This document shows positions 37,487-48,274 of a stretch of DNA of 64,000 nt, piece after piece. Position 1 is the stretch's first letter. Each line of letters begins with the position of its first letter. Source of the stretch: Lama glama (Eukaryota). The DNA lies in the NCBI GenBank assembly GCA_028534125.1, contig CM052817.1, positions 75,270,001 to 75,334,000 of the forward strand, read 5' to 3'. Below the pieces are notes generated by a model. That model was not told the DNA's origin, ran no database searches, and saw only the letters and a list, made by a program, of their open reading frames with translations. The position numbers and the translations under genes are program-made.

Positions 37487-40400
37487 AGTTTCAGCCTGCA
37501 GATATAGAGTGCTTTTAAAGAGTGTCGCTCCCACAATAAGAAAAAAAGATGCACAAACTTTCCTTGAAGTCATTAAAAAAACTGAAGTCACAGATAAAAA
37601 AAAGTATAACTTTAAATCTGGAGAAATACAAGCACCTGCAGGGAGAAGAAGGATTTGAGAATTTGCTTAACTGGGACAGATTCTATTGGATGTTACACAA
37701 GCTAAGATTCAGCTACAAATGTTTTTTAAAAAACTGCTGAAGACTGAATGTGGGCTAGTGAGTATATGAAGCTCCTGGGAGTCACAGAAATAGGGAAATT
37801 TGCACCATCTTGAAAGCTTTTCTTCAAGAACCCCAAGAGATTCACAGGAAATATGGATGAGAATCTTTAAAAAGTTTTCCCTATGGTGCTGGGGTGAGAA
37901 ATAACAGCCACTGTCCAAATAAAACTAGATCTATTTTACTTCTTTCACATACGGAACAGCAGAATTTGGTTACAGGGTAAAGGTCAAGGGAAAAAAGTAG
38001 CCTGGGGCACCGGTGTCTACCCACTAGAGCTGGGGAACAGAACAGCAGCCATCACTGAAAATCTGTCTCTATCTATCTCCTCTATCTACCCTATAGGACA
38101 AAAACCTTACAGTGCAGGGAGAATGGAAATAAAATAATAAGCTGTAAGTATTGGAACAAATGTGTAAATCAATGGCAGCTGGAAGGAGGGGGATAGTCAA
38201 ACAAAAGAAAGAGAGAAAGAAAAAGAGAAGAAAGGAATACAGGAAAGAAGGAAGAGAGGGAAGGAGAAAAGAGAAAAATACTACACTTGGGGAAGGGTCA
38301 GTTAACCTTCCAAGCCAAGGATTAGTTCTGGAAAATGGGTAGGGACACTTGTGAAGTCCAAAATTCACAGTGCCTACTTAGGACTGAGACTTACTCAGAA
38401 CAACAGAGAATTACCTCCCTACCTCATATCTGCCATCATACTAACAAACATCAAATGTAGATAAAATCAGAATACATTTGGGAAAGCTGCAAGTGATAGT
38501 TTCTCTGGTAAGAACCGCTGAGGGAAAGCCTAGAGTTAAATCAGAAGATCTAAAGCCAATCAGAAAGAAACATTCAGACTCAGCAGAACTACATAAACTC
38601 TAAAATCTCCGTTAAAGACAACCAGAGGGATGGCATACTCAGCTTTATGCATAAACTAATATTTATCTTAGTTGCTATCTATCTTATACAATATGGCTAG
38701 CTTTCAACCAAAGTTTATAATACATACAAAAAAGTAAGAAAATCGGTCAGAAACAAAAAAGGAATAAAATGACCCAGGCTCAGGTATGACACAGGTATTA
38801 GAACTATCAGGTAGAGAATTTAAAATAAGTAAATAAATACTTAAAGACTATAATAGACAAGGTAGACAGTGTGCACAATCAGATAGGTACTTTCAGCAGA
38901 TATTAAAAATTATTAGAAAAATATCAAACAGAAATGTTAGAAATCAGAGACATAGTAACAGAGGTTTAATAATACTTTTCATGAGTTCATCAGTAGATTC
39001 AAGACATCCAAGGCAAGAATAAGTAAGCTGGAAAATAGGTTACTAGAAATTATTCAAATTAAAATACAAAGAGAAAAAAAGGAGGAGGACAGGTACAGAG
39101 CATCCCACATCTGTGTGACCATAGTGGGAGGCAAACAGATGTATCTGATATCTCAGAAAGAGAAAAAAGGAAAGAATATATTTGAAAAAATAACGGATGA
39201 CAGTTTTTTAGGGACAAACACCAGTTTATAGAAGCAAGAACCTCAAAGAACATCAAGCAGGATAAAAACCAAAAATGAACAAACAAGACAAACAAAAATC
39301 AATCAAATAAACAAAAAGCCCTAAACCAATATATATTGTTGTAACTGATGAAAATGCATATTACCTAAAAGGAATAAGGGTAACAACTATAGCAAATTTC
39401 TTATCAGAAACCATGTAAGCAAAAGATAAGAGTGATACTTTTAAAGTACTAGAAGGAAAAAAAAAATCAAAGTAACTGTTAACTGAGAATTCTATATCCA
39501 AAGGAAATATTCCTCAAAAAAGGGGCTTTTGACAACTTGTTCTACAAGAAATATTAAAGTAATTTCTTCAAGTAGAAATAATACAATGTGGTCAGAAAGG
39601 TAGGTCTACCAAAGAAATGGGTTGTATCAAATATGGAATAAATAAAGGTTAAACATCAGTTTTTCCTTATTTTTTAATTCCTCTAAAAGATAGATGCTTA
39701 TTTAAAGCAATAAGAGAAACAATGTAGTATGTGTTTGGAACACACATAAGAGTGAAATATATAAATAAAATGGCATAAAAGGTGAAAGGTAGGAGTAAAA
39801 AAATATACTGTTAGAAGATTTTTATACTGCATAGGTATAAATCTGTAATCTTTGATGGAATAGTCATTTCATTTTTAAAGTGTATATTATAAACTCTGGG
39901 GGAACTACAAAAATTATGAAAAAGAGATGTACATAATAAGTCAATAGATGAGATAAAGAGAATTATAAAAACATTCAAACTAACAGAAGGCAGAAAAACA
40001 GGGGCAAAAAAAGAAGCAAAGAAAAAATGGAACAAATGGAAAACATCTAGCTTGATGGTAGATTTAGTCTAACCATATAAATATTTCATTTAAATTTAAT
40101 GGTTTCAACATACCAATGTCATATTGGATAAACAAGCAAGAACCAACAACATATTTTTTTTGCAAGAAACCCTCTTTAAATATGACACATTCCATGACAT
40201 TTTTTCACAGAACTAGAATAAATAATCCCAAAATTTAAATGGAGTAAAAAAGAGCCAGAATTGCCAAAGCAATACTGAAGAAAAAGAACAAATCTGGAGG
40301 AACAACCCTCCCAGATTTCAGACAAATACTCCAGAGCCATAGTAATCAAAACAGTGTGGTACTGGCACCAAAGCAGACATATGGATCAATGGCTCAGAAA

Positions 40401-43400
40401 AGAAGATTCAGAAATACACCCAAACACCTACAGTCTACTAGTCTTTGACAAAGAAGGAAAGAATATACAACGGAAAAAGACATTCTCTTCAGCAAGTGGT
40501 GCTGGGAAAGCTGGACTGCCCTACATAAATCAATGAAATTAGAATATTCCTTCACAAATACACAAAAATAAATTCAAAATGGCTTAAAAATTTAAACATA
40601 AGACAAGACACTATAAATCTCCTAGAAGAGAACATAGGCAAACTATCCTCTGACATGAATCTCAGCAATGTTCTCCTAGGGCAGTCTACCCAGGCAATAG
40701 AAATCAAGGCAAAAATAGACAAATGGGACTGAAGTAAACTCATACGTTTTGCACAGAAAAGGAAACTATACACAAAACAAAAGACAATCCACATAATGGG
40801 GGAAAATATTTGCAAATGATGCAGCTGACAAGTGCTTAATTTCCAGAATATATAAACAGCTCATATAACTCAGTAACAAAAAGCAAACAAGCTAATAATA
40901 AAAAAAAGGATAGAATACCTAAACAAGCATCTCTTCAGTGAAGATATACAAATGGCCAATAGGCAGATGAAAAAATGTTCCACATAGCTAATTATCAGAG
41001 AAATGCAAGTCCGAATACAGTTTGGTATCATCTCACACCAGTCAGAATGGCCATCATTAAAAAGTCCATAAATGATAAATGCTGCAGAGGGTGTGGAGAA
41101 AAGGCAACCCTCCTACACTGCTGTGGGAATGTAATTTGGTGCAGCCATTATGGAAAACAGTACGGAGATTCCTTAAAAAACTAAAAATAGAGATCCTATT
41201 ATCCAGCAATCCCACTTCTGGGCATATATATATGGAGGGAACACTAATTCAAAAAGATACATAAAACAAACAAACAAACAAAAACAAAACAAACAAAAAG
41301 ATACATGCACCCCAATGTTCACAGCAGCAGTATTTACAATAGACAAGACATGGAAACAACCTAAATGTTGATTAACAGATAACTGGATAAAGAAGGTGTG
41401 ATATACATATGGAATACTTCTCAGCCATAAAAAAGAATAAAATAATGCCACAGAGAGTAGTCCCTAAGAAGAAGTAACAACTCTTAATGTAGCTTTACCT
41501 AACAAGTGAGATTCAAAATACATGAGGTAAAAACATGTAGATCTGAAAAGAGTAATAGATAATTCCACAAGTTTACGTGAACATTTCAACTCTCCTCTTT
41601 CATTAGTTAAGAGAGTAAGTAGGGAGAAAATCAGAAATGACATGGATCACCTGAAACCATATCATCTAACTTGATTTAATGCATATTTATAAAGAACTGT
41701 ACACAGAATATGCATTAATTATGGGTCTTAGGCCATGCCTTACCACATTTAAAATAATAGAAATCTCATAAATTGTATTCTGAATCATCACAAATAAACC
41801 AGAAATTAGTAACAAAAATATCAGAAAAATCATTGAAATATTTAAATATTTAACAAAACATTTCTAAATAACCCACAGGCCAAAGAAGACATTTCGTGGG
41901 AAATTTAAAAATTTCCAACATCATGAATGAGATAAAGGGCATTTCTACTGATTCCAGAAACTTAAAAAGCATAGTAAGGACATGCAAACTATCTATCACC
42001 ATAAATTCAACAGTCTATCTGAATGGATAAATTCCTTGAAAGACAAAAAACTATCACTCATAAAAAATTAGGTAATCTGAAGATAGTCTTTATTATTAAA
42101 TGAATCAATACTTAAAAGGCTCTGAAAAAGGGAAAACTGCAGGGGAAGATGGCTACATTAGAAAATTTTACTAAATGCTTAATGAATATATAATACCAAT
42201 TTATACCAATTTTTTCCCCAGAAATAGAAGAGAGAATATTTTCAGGCTGATTTTTGAGGTCTGCATTGTTCTAGTACCAAAAACATTACAAGAAAACAGA
42301 GTTAGAGACCAATATCACTCATGAATGTAAAAGCATAAGTCCTTGACAAAATATAGGCAATTTGAATGTAGCAATATATTAAGAAGATAATATAGCACAA
42401 CCAAGTGGAGTTCATTCAAGTAATACAAAGCTAACTCAACATTTGAAAATAAGTTGATATAATTCACCACCTTACCAGGCTGAATAAAAAACTCCTATCA
42501 GTTAATATGGAAATAGCAGTCAACAAAATTCAAGATTCATTCATGATTAAAAATTCACAGCAAATTAGGAATGGATGTTTAATGTTGTAACCTAATAAAA
42601 GACATTTACAAGAAAACAAAAAAAAAATCATAAAGAATGGTGAGAGAGATTGGATGCTTTCTCCCCGAGATGAAGACCAATGCCAGAATGCTCTCATCAC
42701 TTTAAGTTTATTGGAAATACTGGTAATTTTCATAAAGCAAGAAGAAGAAATAAAATACCCACAGGGAGAGGTAGAAATAAGATTCCCCTCTTCACAGAAG
42801 TCATGGCTATCTATGTAGGAAATCCCAAAGAATCTATAAACTTTAAGAAAACCTGGATATTTACATAGTCTCAAAATATTTTAATGATATTTATCGATGC
42901 TTGTGGCGGTTTTAACATAGACTAACAGATATCCTACACTTTTCTCTTTAGGAGGTGGAGCTTATTTACCTTCTCCTTGAACGTGGGCTGGCCTTAGTGA
43001 CTTGCTTCTAATGAACTGAATATGGAAAGTGAAATACAGTAACTCTACAGTAGAGGAACCTGAAGGATACAACCTTAACCAAGAGACCAAGATTAACACA
43101 ATCAGTAATAAGTTGTGCTGATATATGTACCCTTTGTTGTGATAAAACAGGAAGGGCACATATCTCCTGGTATTTCAAACCTGATTTGAGAGAAAATAAG
43201 GAATATCCAGGAAAAATAAAGACAGATGGAGAAACTGTCACAGATTAGTGAAGACTATGGAGATATGATGACTAAAAGCAATGTGGTATCCCAGACTGGA
43301 TTCTAGAACATAAAGAGGATATTTGTGAAAAATCTAGTATAATACAAAATAAAGTCTGTGGTTCATTTAATCATATTACAGAAATATTAACTCAGTATGA

Positions 43401-43497
43401 TGTAAACATTAAGGGAGGCTGGATGAAAGGTATATAGGAACACTATGCTGTATTTTAACTAGTCTCTAAATCTAAAACTATTTTCAAAAAATGTTTC
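37487..43497 (+). mobile_element. Old L1MD-type element (5' region, ORF1, partial ORF2, L1MD-type 3'UTR), internally deleted and interrupted
   Basis: L1MD-like 5' region, ORF1 remnant at about 38780-39600, EN start near 40060, and RT region to about 42870. It then jumps to a 3'UTR with the MLT1-like segment ggaggtggagctt...ggccttagtgacttgcttc and ends aaatctaaaactattttcaaaa. Confidence 0.8.
40191..41450 (+). mobile_element. Younger L1 ORF2 C-terminal fragment inside the L1MD endonuclease region, without 3'UTR, poly(A) or TSD
   Basis: Well-preserved ORF2 peptides ([39 protein letters not shown]). Ends abruptly at aataatgcca. Confidence 0.9.
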
Positions 43498-44024
43498 AGA
43501 AAGTCATAGAAAAGGATAATACACATTATGCCTTTCCTAATAATCATAGCTAAATTCATGAACTGTCTATACCTGTCATAGTTCAAAAACTCTCTGGGAG
43601 TTTTTAGTACACTGATATTCTAACATTCAGGTGTCTATACTGAGAAAGTAAAGAGACTTTTCAGTCTTAAGGCCCAGAAATCAAGGTATGACTACTTTAT
43701 GCCTTTCCAGAAGAGAACAGAAATTTAGTTAAATAGCAAGAATAATTAAGTTGTAGAAGTAAAATCAAAAGACTATTACTGATTCCTACATAGTGTTCAG
43801 TTGTAGAAATCTTTTTTTATATATAAAAATTTTTGATATCAATGTACCTAATCAACATTCACATTGTAATTGTGATACTGGAATAATTCTGGAAATCACA
43901 CAACTGTCTTAATTATGACTAAAATCCAAGACTCTTCATGCCCTGAGATATGATAATCTCTTGATTAATATTCTAACTAAATATTTCTATCCTCTTTCCT
44001 TTCTTTTCACAGTATCTCCCTCAG

Positions 44025-44170
44025 AGACAGCAGTAGATAGTGATTCAAATCATAAACTGCTTCATTTAAACAGACTAGTTTGATTCCAAATTTCATCATG
44101 TACAGGGTATGTTTATTTGGACACGGTTCTCAAAATTTTTTGATCATTTTTTTCTGATTTATAACTGGAA

Positions 44171-44202
<32 letters not shown>

Positions 44203-44335
44203 AATGATGATGATGATGTTGGCAATGATGATATCTACTCCACAGAGTTAGCAGATTGCATGATAAGACCTTTGTAAATTACTCAGAAGAACGGGTGGTG
44301 TATGGTGTTATATAAAGTTTAACTGCCATCATTAG
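44025..44335 (+). mobile_element. MIR SINE containing an (ATG)n expansion
   Basis: cagcagtagatagtgattcaaatcataaactg...cagactagtttgattccaaatt...tctactccacagagtt...tgtaaattactcagaagaacgggtggtgtatgg. Confidence 0.65.
44171..44218. repeat. (ATG)n microsatellite, 16 units with one ATA interruption
   Basis: Read directly from the sequence. Confidence 0.95.
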
Positions 44336-44349
44336 GTAATATTCCCTAA

Positions 44350-44768
44350 TGCTATGGACTGAATTGTGTCCCTCTAAAATTCATTATGTTGAAGTCCTGA
44401 CTCCCATTGTGATTGTATTTGGAGAAAGAGCCTAAAGGAAGTACTGAAGGTTAAGTAAGGTCATAAGGGTGGGGCCCTGATCTGGTAAGAATAGGGTCCT
44501 TCTAAGAACAGTCACAAGAGCGAGTACTTGCTCACTCTATCCCTCTCTGCACACACTCACCAGGAGAAACCATGAACGGACATAATGAGAAGGTAGCTGT
44601 CTGCAAGCTAGGAAAACAAGCCTCACCAGGAACTGAGCCAAGATGGGACCTTGGTCTTGGACTTTCCAGCCTCCAGAACTTTGAGAAAATTAGTTTCTGT
44701 TGTTTAAGCCACACAGTCTGTGGTATTTAGTTAAAGCATCCCAACCCAACAAATGTACTAAAGACAAT
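44350..44768 (+). mobile_element. MaLR LTR (MLT1A-like)
   Basis: tgctatggactgaattgtgtccctctaaaattca start, ggactttccagcctccagaactttgagaaaat, tgtttaagccacacagtctgtggtatttagtta. Confidence 0.9.
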
Positions 44769-46172
44769 AATAAGTATCTAAAGACTGCTTCTCAACATTC
44801 CCACACTGTTTAGGTTATATCTTTGATTTGATCCCTTACTTTATGATGGTAGCATTATAAAAGCTATGCCTGAGTGTACTCTTGGACACTTCCCAACACT
44901 ATATTATCAAAAAAAAAAAAATACAGATTTTCTACAAGCTACCTATTATTATATTATATTTCACCATTTCTGCAGTGATCATGATAATTTTTGTATCATT
45001 ACATGTGTTCATGAAAAGAAAATTCAATTACATATAAGAATTTATATTCTCAATTTCTAAAGATTTGCAGCATTTTATGTTATTTAGTATGATTTTCAAA
45101 TCAATCTACTATTTTTGTTTTGAATTTAGTATTATTTTAACCATTAAAAATTTCTTAATTGAGTTTTTATGCAAGCTTATTAGCAGGATACAACTATTCA
45201 GTAATTAAAACTGCAACATATCTAGAAGTTGGGACAGTTTTGCTTGCTTCCCTTAGTACATAAATAAATAATATCTTGTTACAGTTTAAATTTAAATTAT
45301 ATGCAATTTGAGATTGGTTATACATAATTTTGTAAATTTCACTAATAGTTGGAAAATAAACATTGCCAATAAGTGACCGCTGTATTGTTATAAAATTAAG
45401 TAACTAAAAATAGTGTAATTAGGCATTTAAAATCAACAGTGATTCAAAACTAGAGTCATTCAACTTATTCAACATCTTCTTTTCATTTTCATTTTCAATA
45501 TGGTCTGTTTGTTAATGGAAATCCTTTTTCAATATTCAAAAAGTCTTATTTTAAAAAATATTTCTAAATATCTGATGGCTTTGGCTGGGACTACTCCTAA
45601 GGTTCTGAACACAAATGAGCATTATACATCTGAAGATTCACTAACGGAATAGTGACTACATTCTGCATATCTAAATATCTGATTATCTTTTCTCTGTAAT
45701 TTTTCAAGGGAAAGTAATGAAGTGTTTGTTTTATAGTATGTTTCTTTATTATGAAATTAGAGATAAAATTAGTAATATATTAATAAGCACACTATTAAAT
45801 CTAAGTCTTACTTTATTATTTCTGCATGGTACGCTTAGAATGAATGTATCATCCCACACATAAGTAATTTCCTTTTTAATAAAGTCTGAACTTTGGGCCT
45901 GGAATATGATCTGTTATGGTCATAAACATGCTAGTATAACCCATGTAGAATGTAAAACAAATTTAATTTATTGGACATTGTGGTGAATTGAATCATTCTA
46001 GGATCTGTATTATTCAGGCAATGCTGAAGAAAAGAAAGATTAGACAAGACATATCCACTTGTTCATTTTATCAAATAATCTTTATTGAGAACTTTATATG
46101 CAATTGCTATTCTTTGTGATTGGGGCAAAGCAGTAAACAAAGCAAAGTTCCACCTTAATGGACAAAACCTTC

Positions 46173-46761
46173 TGTGGGAGCCCATGATTGGGTTAACAAA
46201 TTGTAACAATCTGAGCCACTTATCTCCTTAAAGAAGATGTGCTTAGTACCTGCCTTGAGGTTTTAGCAATGACCCAGGCCCCCAGCTATGAACGCTGGGC
46301 ATGCCTGCTGTTAGTCTTCTATCCCCAAAACAGCTTTGGGCTGGAATGGTAAGAAGCTGCAGACTCAGAGGTGAGAAGGCTGGTTAGCCAATGACGCGTA
46401 AGATCCCCTGAGGGGGCAACCTAAGACAGGCACAGCTGCCTGAGTCCAGGAAAATCTTGTCAAGCAGCTGATTCTCATACATTCCACGCTGATAAGCTGA
46501 AAGGCTCAACAGGATTATGATTCACCAAAAAGGGTCTTCTGACCTTGAGCCAAACACCAACCACAAACAAAGCCTTTGTACTTACTGTGATCCCACACTG
46601 TCCTTCCCTAAATTCCTGCTTCTGACTGTACTCAATAAATATGAGAGATTTGAGGGGCTCCTGGAGTTGGCTCCCGACTCCCTCTCACTCTCTTGACCTT
46701 TCCCCAGAGTCTTGAGCAATTCATTCCGTCTCGGTGGGACTTCTGCTGGCCAGAACCCACA
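46173..46761 (+). mobile_element. Relatively young solo ERV LTR (589 bp) within an L2 relic
   Basis: Inverted termini tgtggg...cccaca, CCAAT at about 46389 followed by tgacgcgtaagatcccctgagggggcaacctaagacaggc, AATAAA near 46634, several CpGs retained. No clean TSD. Confidence 0.8.
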
Positions 46762-47328
46762 ACTTGTGACAAACACACAATCTTCAATAATTCAACATTA
46801 ACAAAGTTTAAATATACAGCCCTTACTAAGGTTTTTCTACATTATATGGAGGCATAATGATGGTCATAGAAATTAACTTTAAGTTACTTGACTAAAAGTA
46901 ACGTGGTAAAATTTAGAAAAAGACAAATTGAGAGAAAATACTAAGCATCAGTGTGGAACAAAATCTCTGTGTAGCTTATGGTGCATTCTGATTTTGTCTC
47001 ACTTCATCTGGCTCACTAGAATTCTGAAAAAAAAATGAAGGAAAATTAATTAGTGCTATTTAATTCATTTATCTGTAATGTTCAATAAAGGCCCATTAAG
47101 GTTCTATTTTTCTTCTTATCTTTCTCAACATTGTAAGATCATTTTGCATCATTACCTCTGACATTGTCATTATCATCATCATCTTCATCAGTATTCGTAT
47201 TGTGTTCCTTAAATGTTTATTGAATGCTTACTATGTTGTTAAGCTATTAGGTGTGATATGTACAATAGGAAGAAAGTTACATTCCAAATTCATCTTAACA
47301 AATAGCTTCACAATTTATCCTACTGATC

Positions 47329-47624
47329 AAAGCAAACAGTTTCAATATATTTTAGATTCCTCATTATTACCATACCTTGTATCAAATCTATCAGCAAATT
47401 TTTTTGGTATCAAAATAATACTGAATCTGTTTCCCACTATAATCTATCCCATCCAAGTCCAAGTGCCCATCACCTCAAAGCAAACAGTTTCAATATATTT
47501 TAGATTCCTCATTATTACCATACCTTGTATCAAATCTATCAGCAAATTTTTTTGGTATCAAAATAATACTGAATCTGTTTCCCACTATAATCTATCCCAT
47601 CCAAGTCCAAGTGCCCATCACCTC
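47329..47624. repeat. Perfect 148-bp direct tandem duplication
   Basis: Copies 47329-47476 and 47477-47624 (aaagcaaacagtttc...cccatcacctc) show no differences by eye. Confidence 0.97.
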
Positions 47625-47781
47625 TTTCCTGAACTAATGAAATAACCACCCACCTGACTTCTCTGCTTCCACTGTTGTTCCCTACACATTATTCTCTACA
47701 GCAGGTGAATGCCTGTCTTAAAGGGTTAATCATAAAAGATCATGCTCTTCTCTGGACTCACCAGAGTCATTTTTATTGTAT

Positions 47782-48274
47782 TATATTCATTTTCTGCTGT
47801 TGCCATTAACAAATAACCACACATTTAGCAGCTTAAAACAGCATGAATTTATTCTCAAATCTGGGAGTTCATGAGTCTGAAATGGGTTTTACCGGGCTAA
47901 TATCAAGGTGTCAGTAGGGCTATATTCTTTGTGGAGGTTATAGAAGAGTGTTTCTTTGGCTTTTCCAGCTTCTGAAGGCTATCTATATTCCTTGGCTTAT
48001 GTCCTCTTTGCATCTCCAAACCAGCAATATCCTGTCTTTTTCATGATACATCACTCTGACCCAGACTATTCTGCATTCTTCTTCCATATTTAAAGAACTT
48101 GTCATTACAATGGATCCTCTCAGAAGATTCAGGATAATCTTTTTAAGGTAATCTAATTAGCAAACTTAATCCCATTTGAAATATTAATCCTCCTCCATAC
48201 CATGTAACAAAATATTTACAGATTCTGGGATTAGGACGTGAATATTTTTGAGGACATTTATTCCACCTATCACA
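47782..48274 (-). mobile_element. MaLR LTR (MLT1C/D-like)
   Basis: aacaaataaccacacatttagcagcttaaaacagc...tcaaggtgtcagtagggct...cagattctgggattaggacgtgaatat...cctatcaca. Flanks tgtat/tatat. Confidence 0.85.

Noticed and set aside
42900..43160. Apparent independent MLT1 LTR
   Set aside because: It continues into L1MD/MC-type 3'UTR sequence, which is known to contain an MLT1-like segment. Treated as part of the L1.
47202..47645. Longest ORF in the track (147 aa)
   Set aside because: It lies in L2 relic sequence and runs through the 148-bp duplication in shifted frames. It has a non-ATG start and no protein resemblance.
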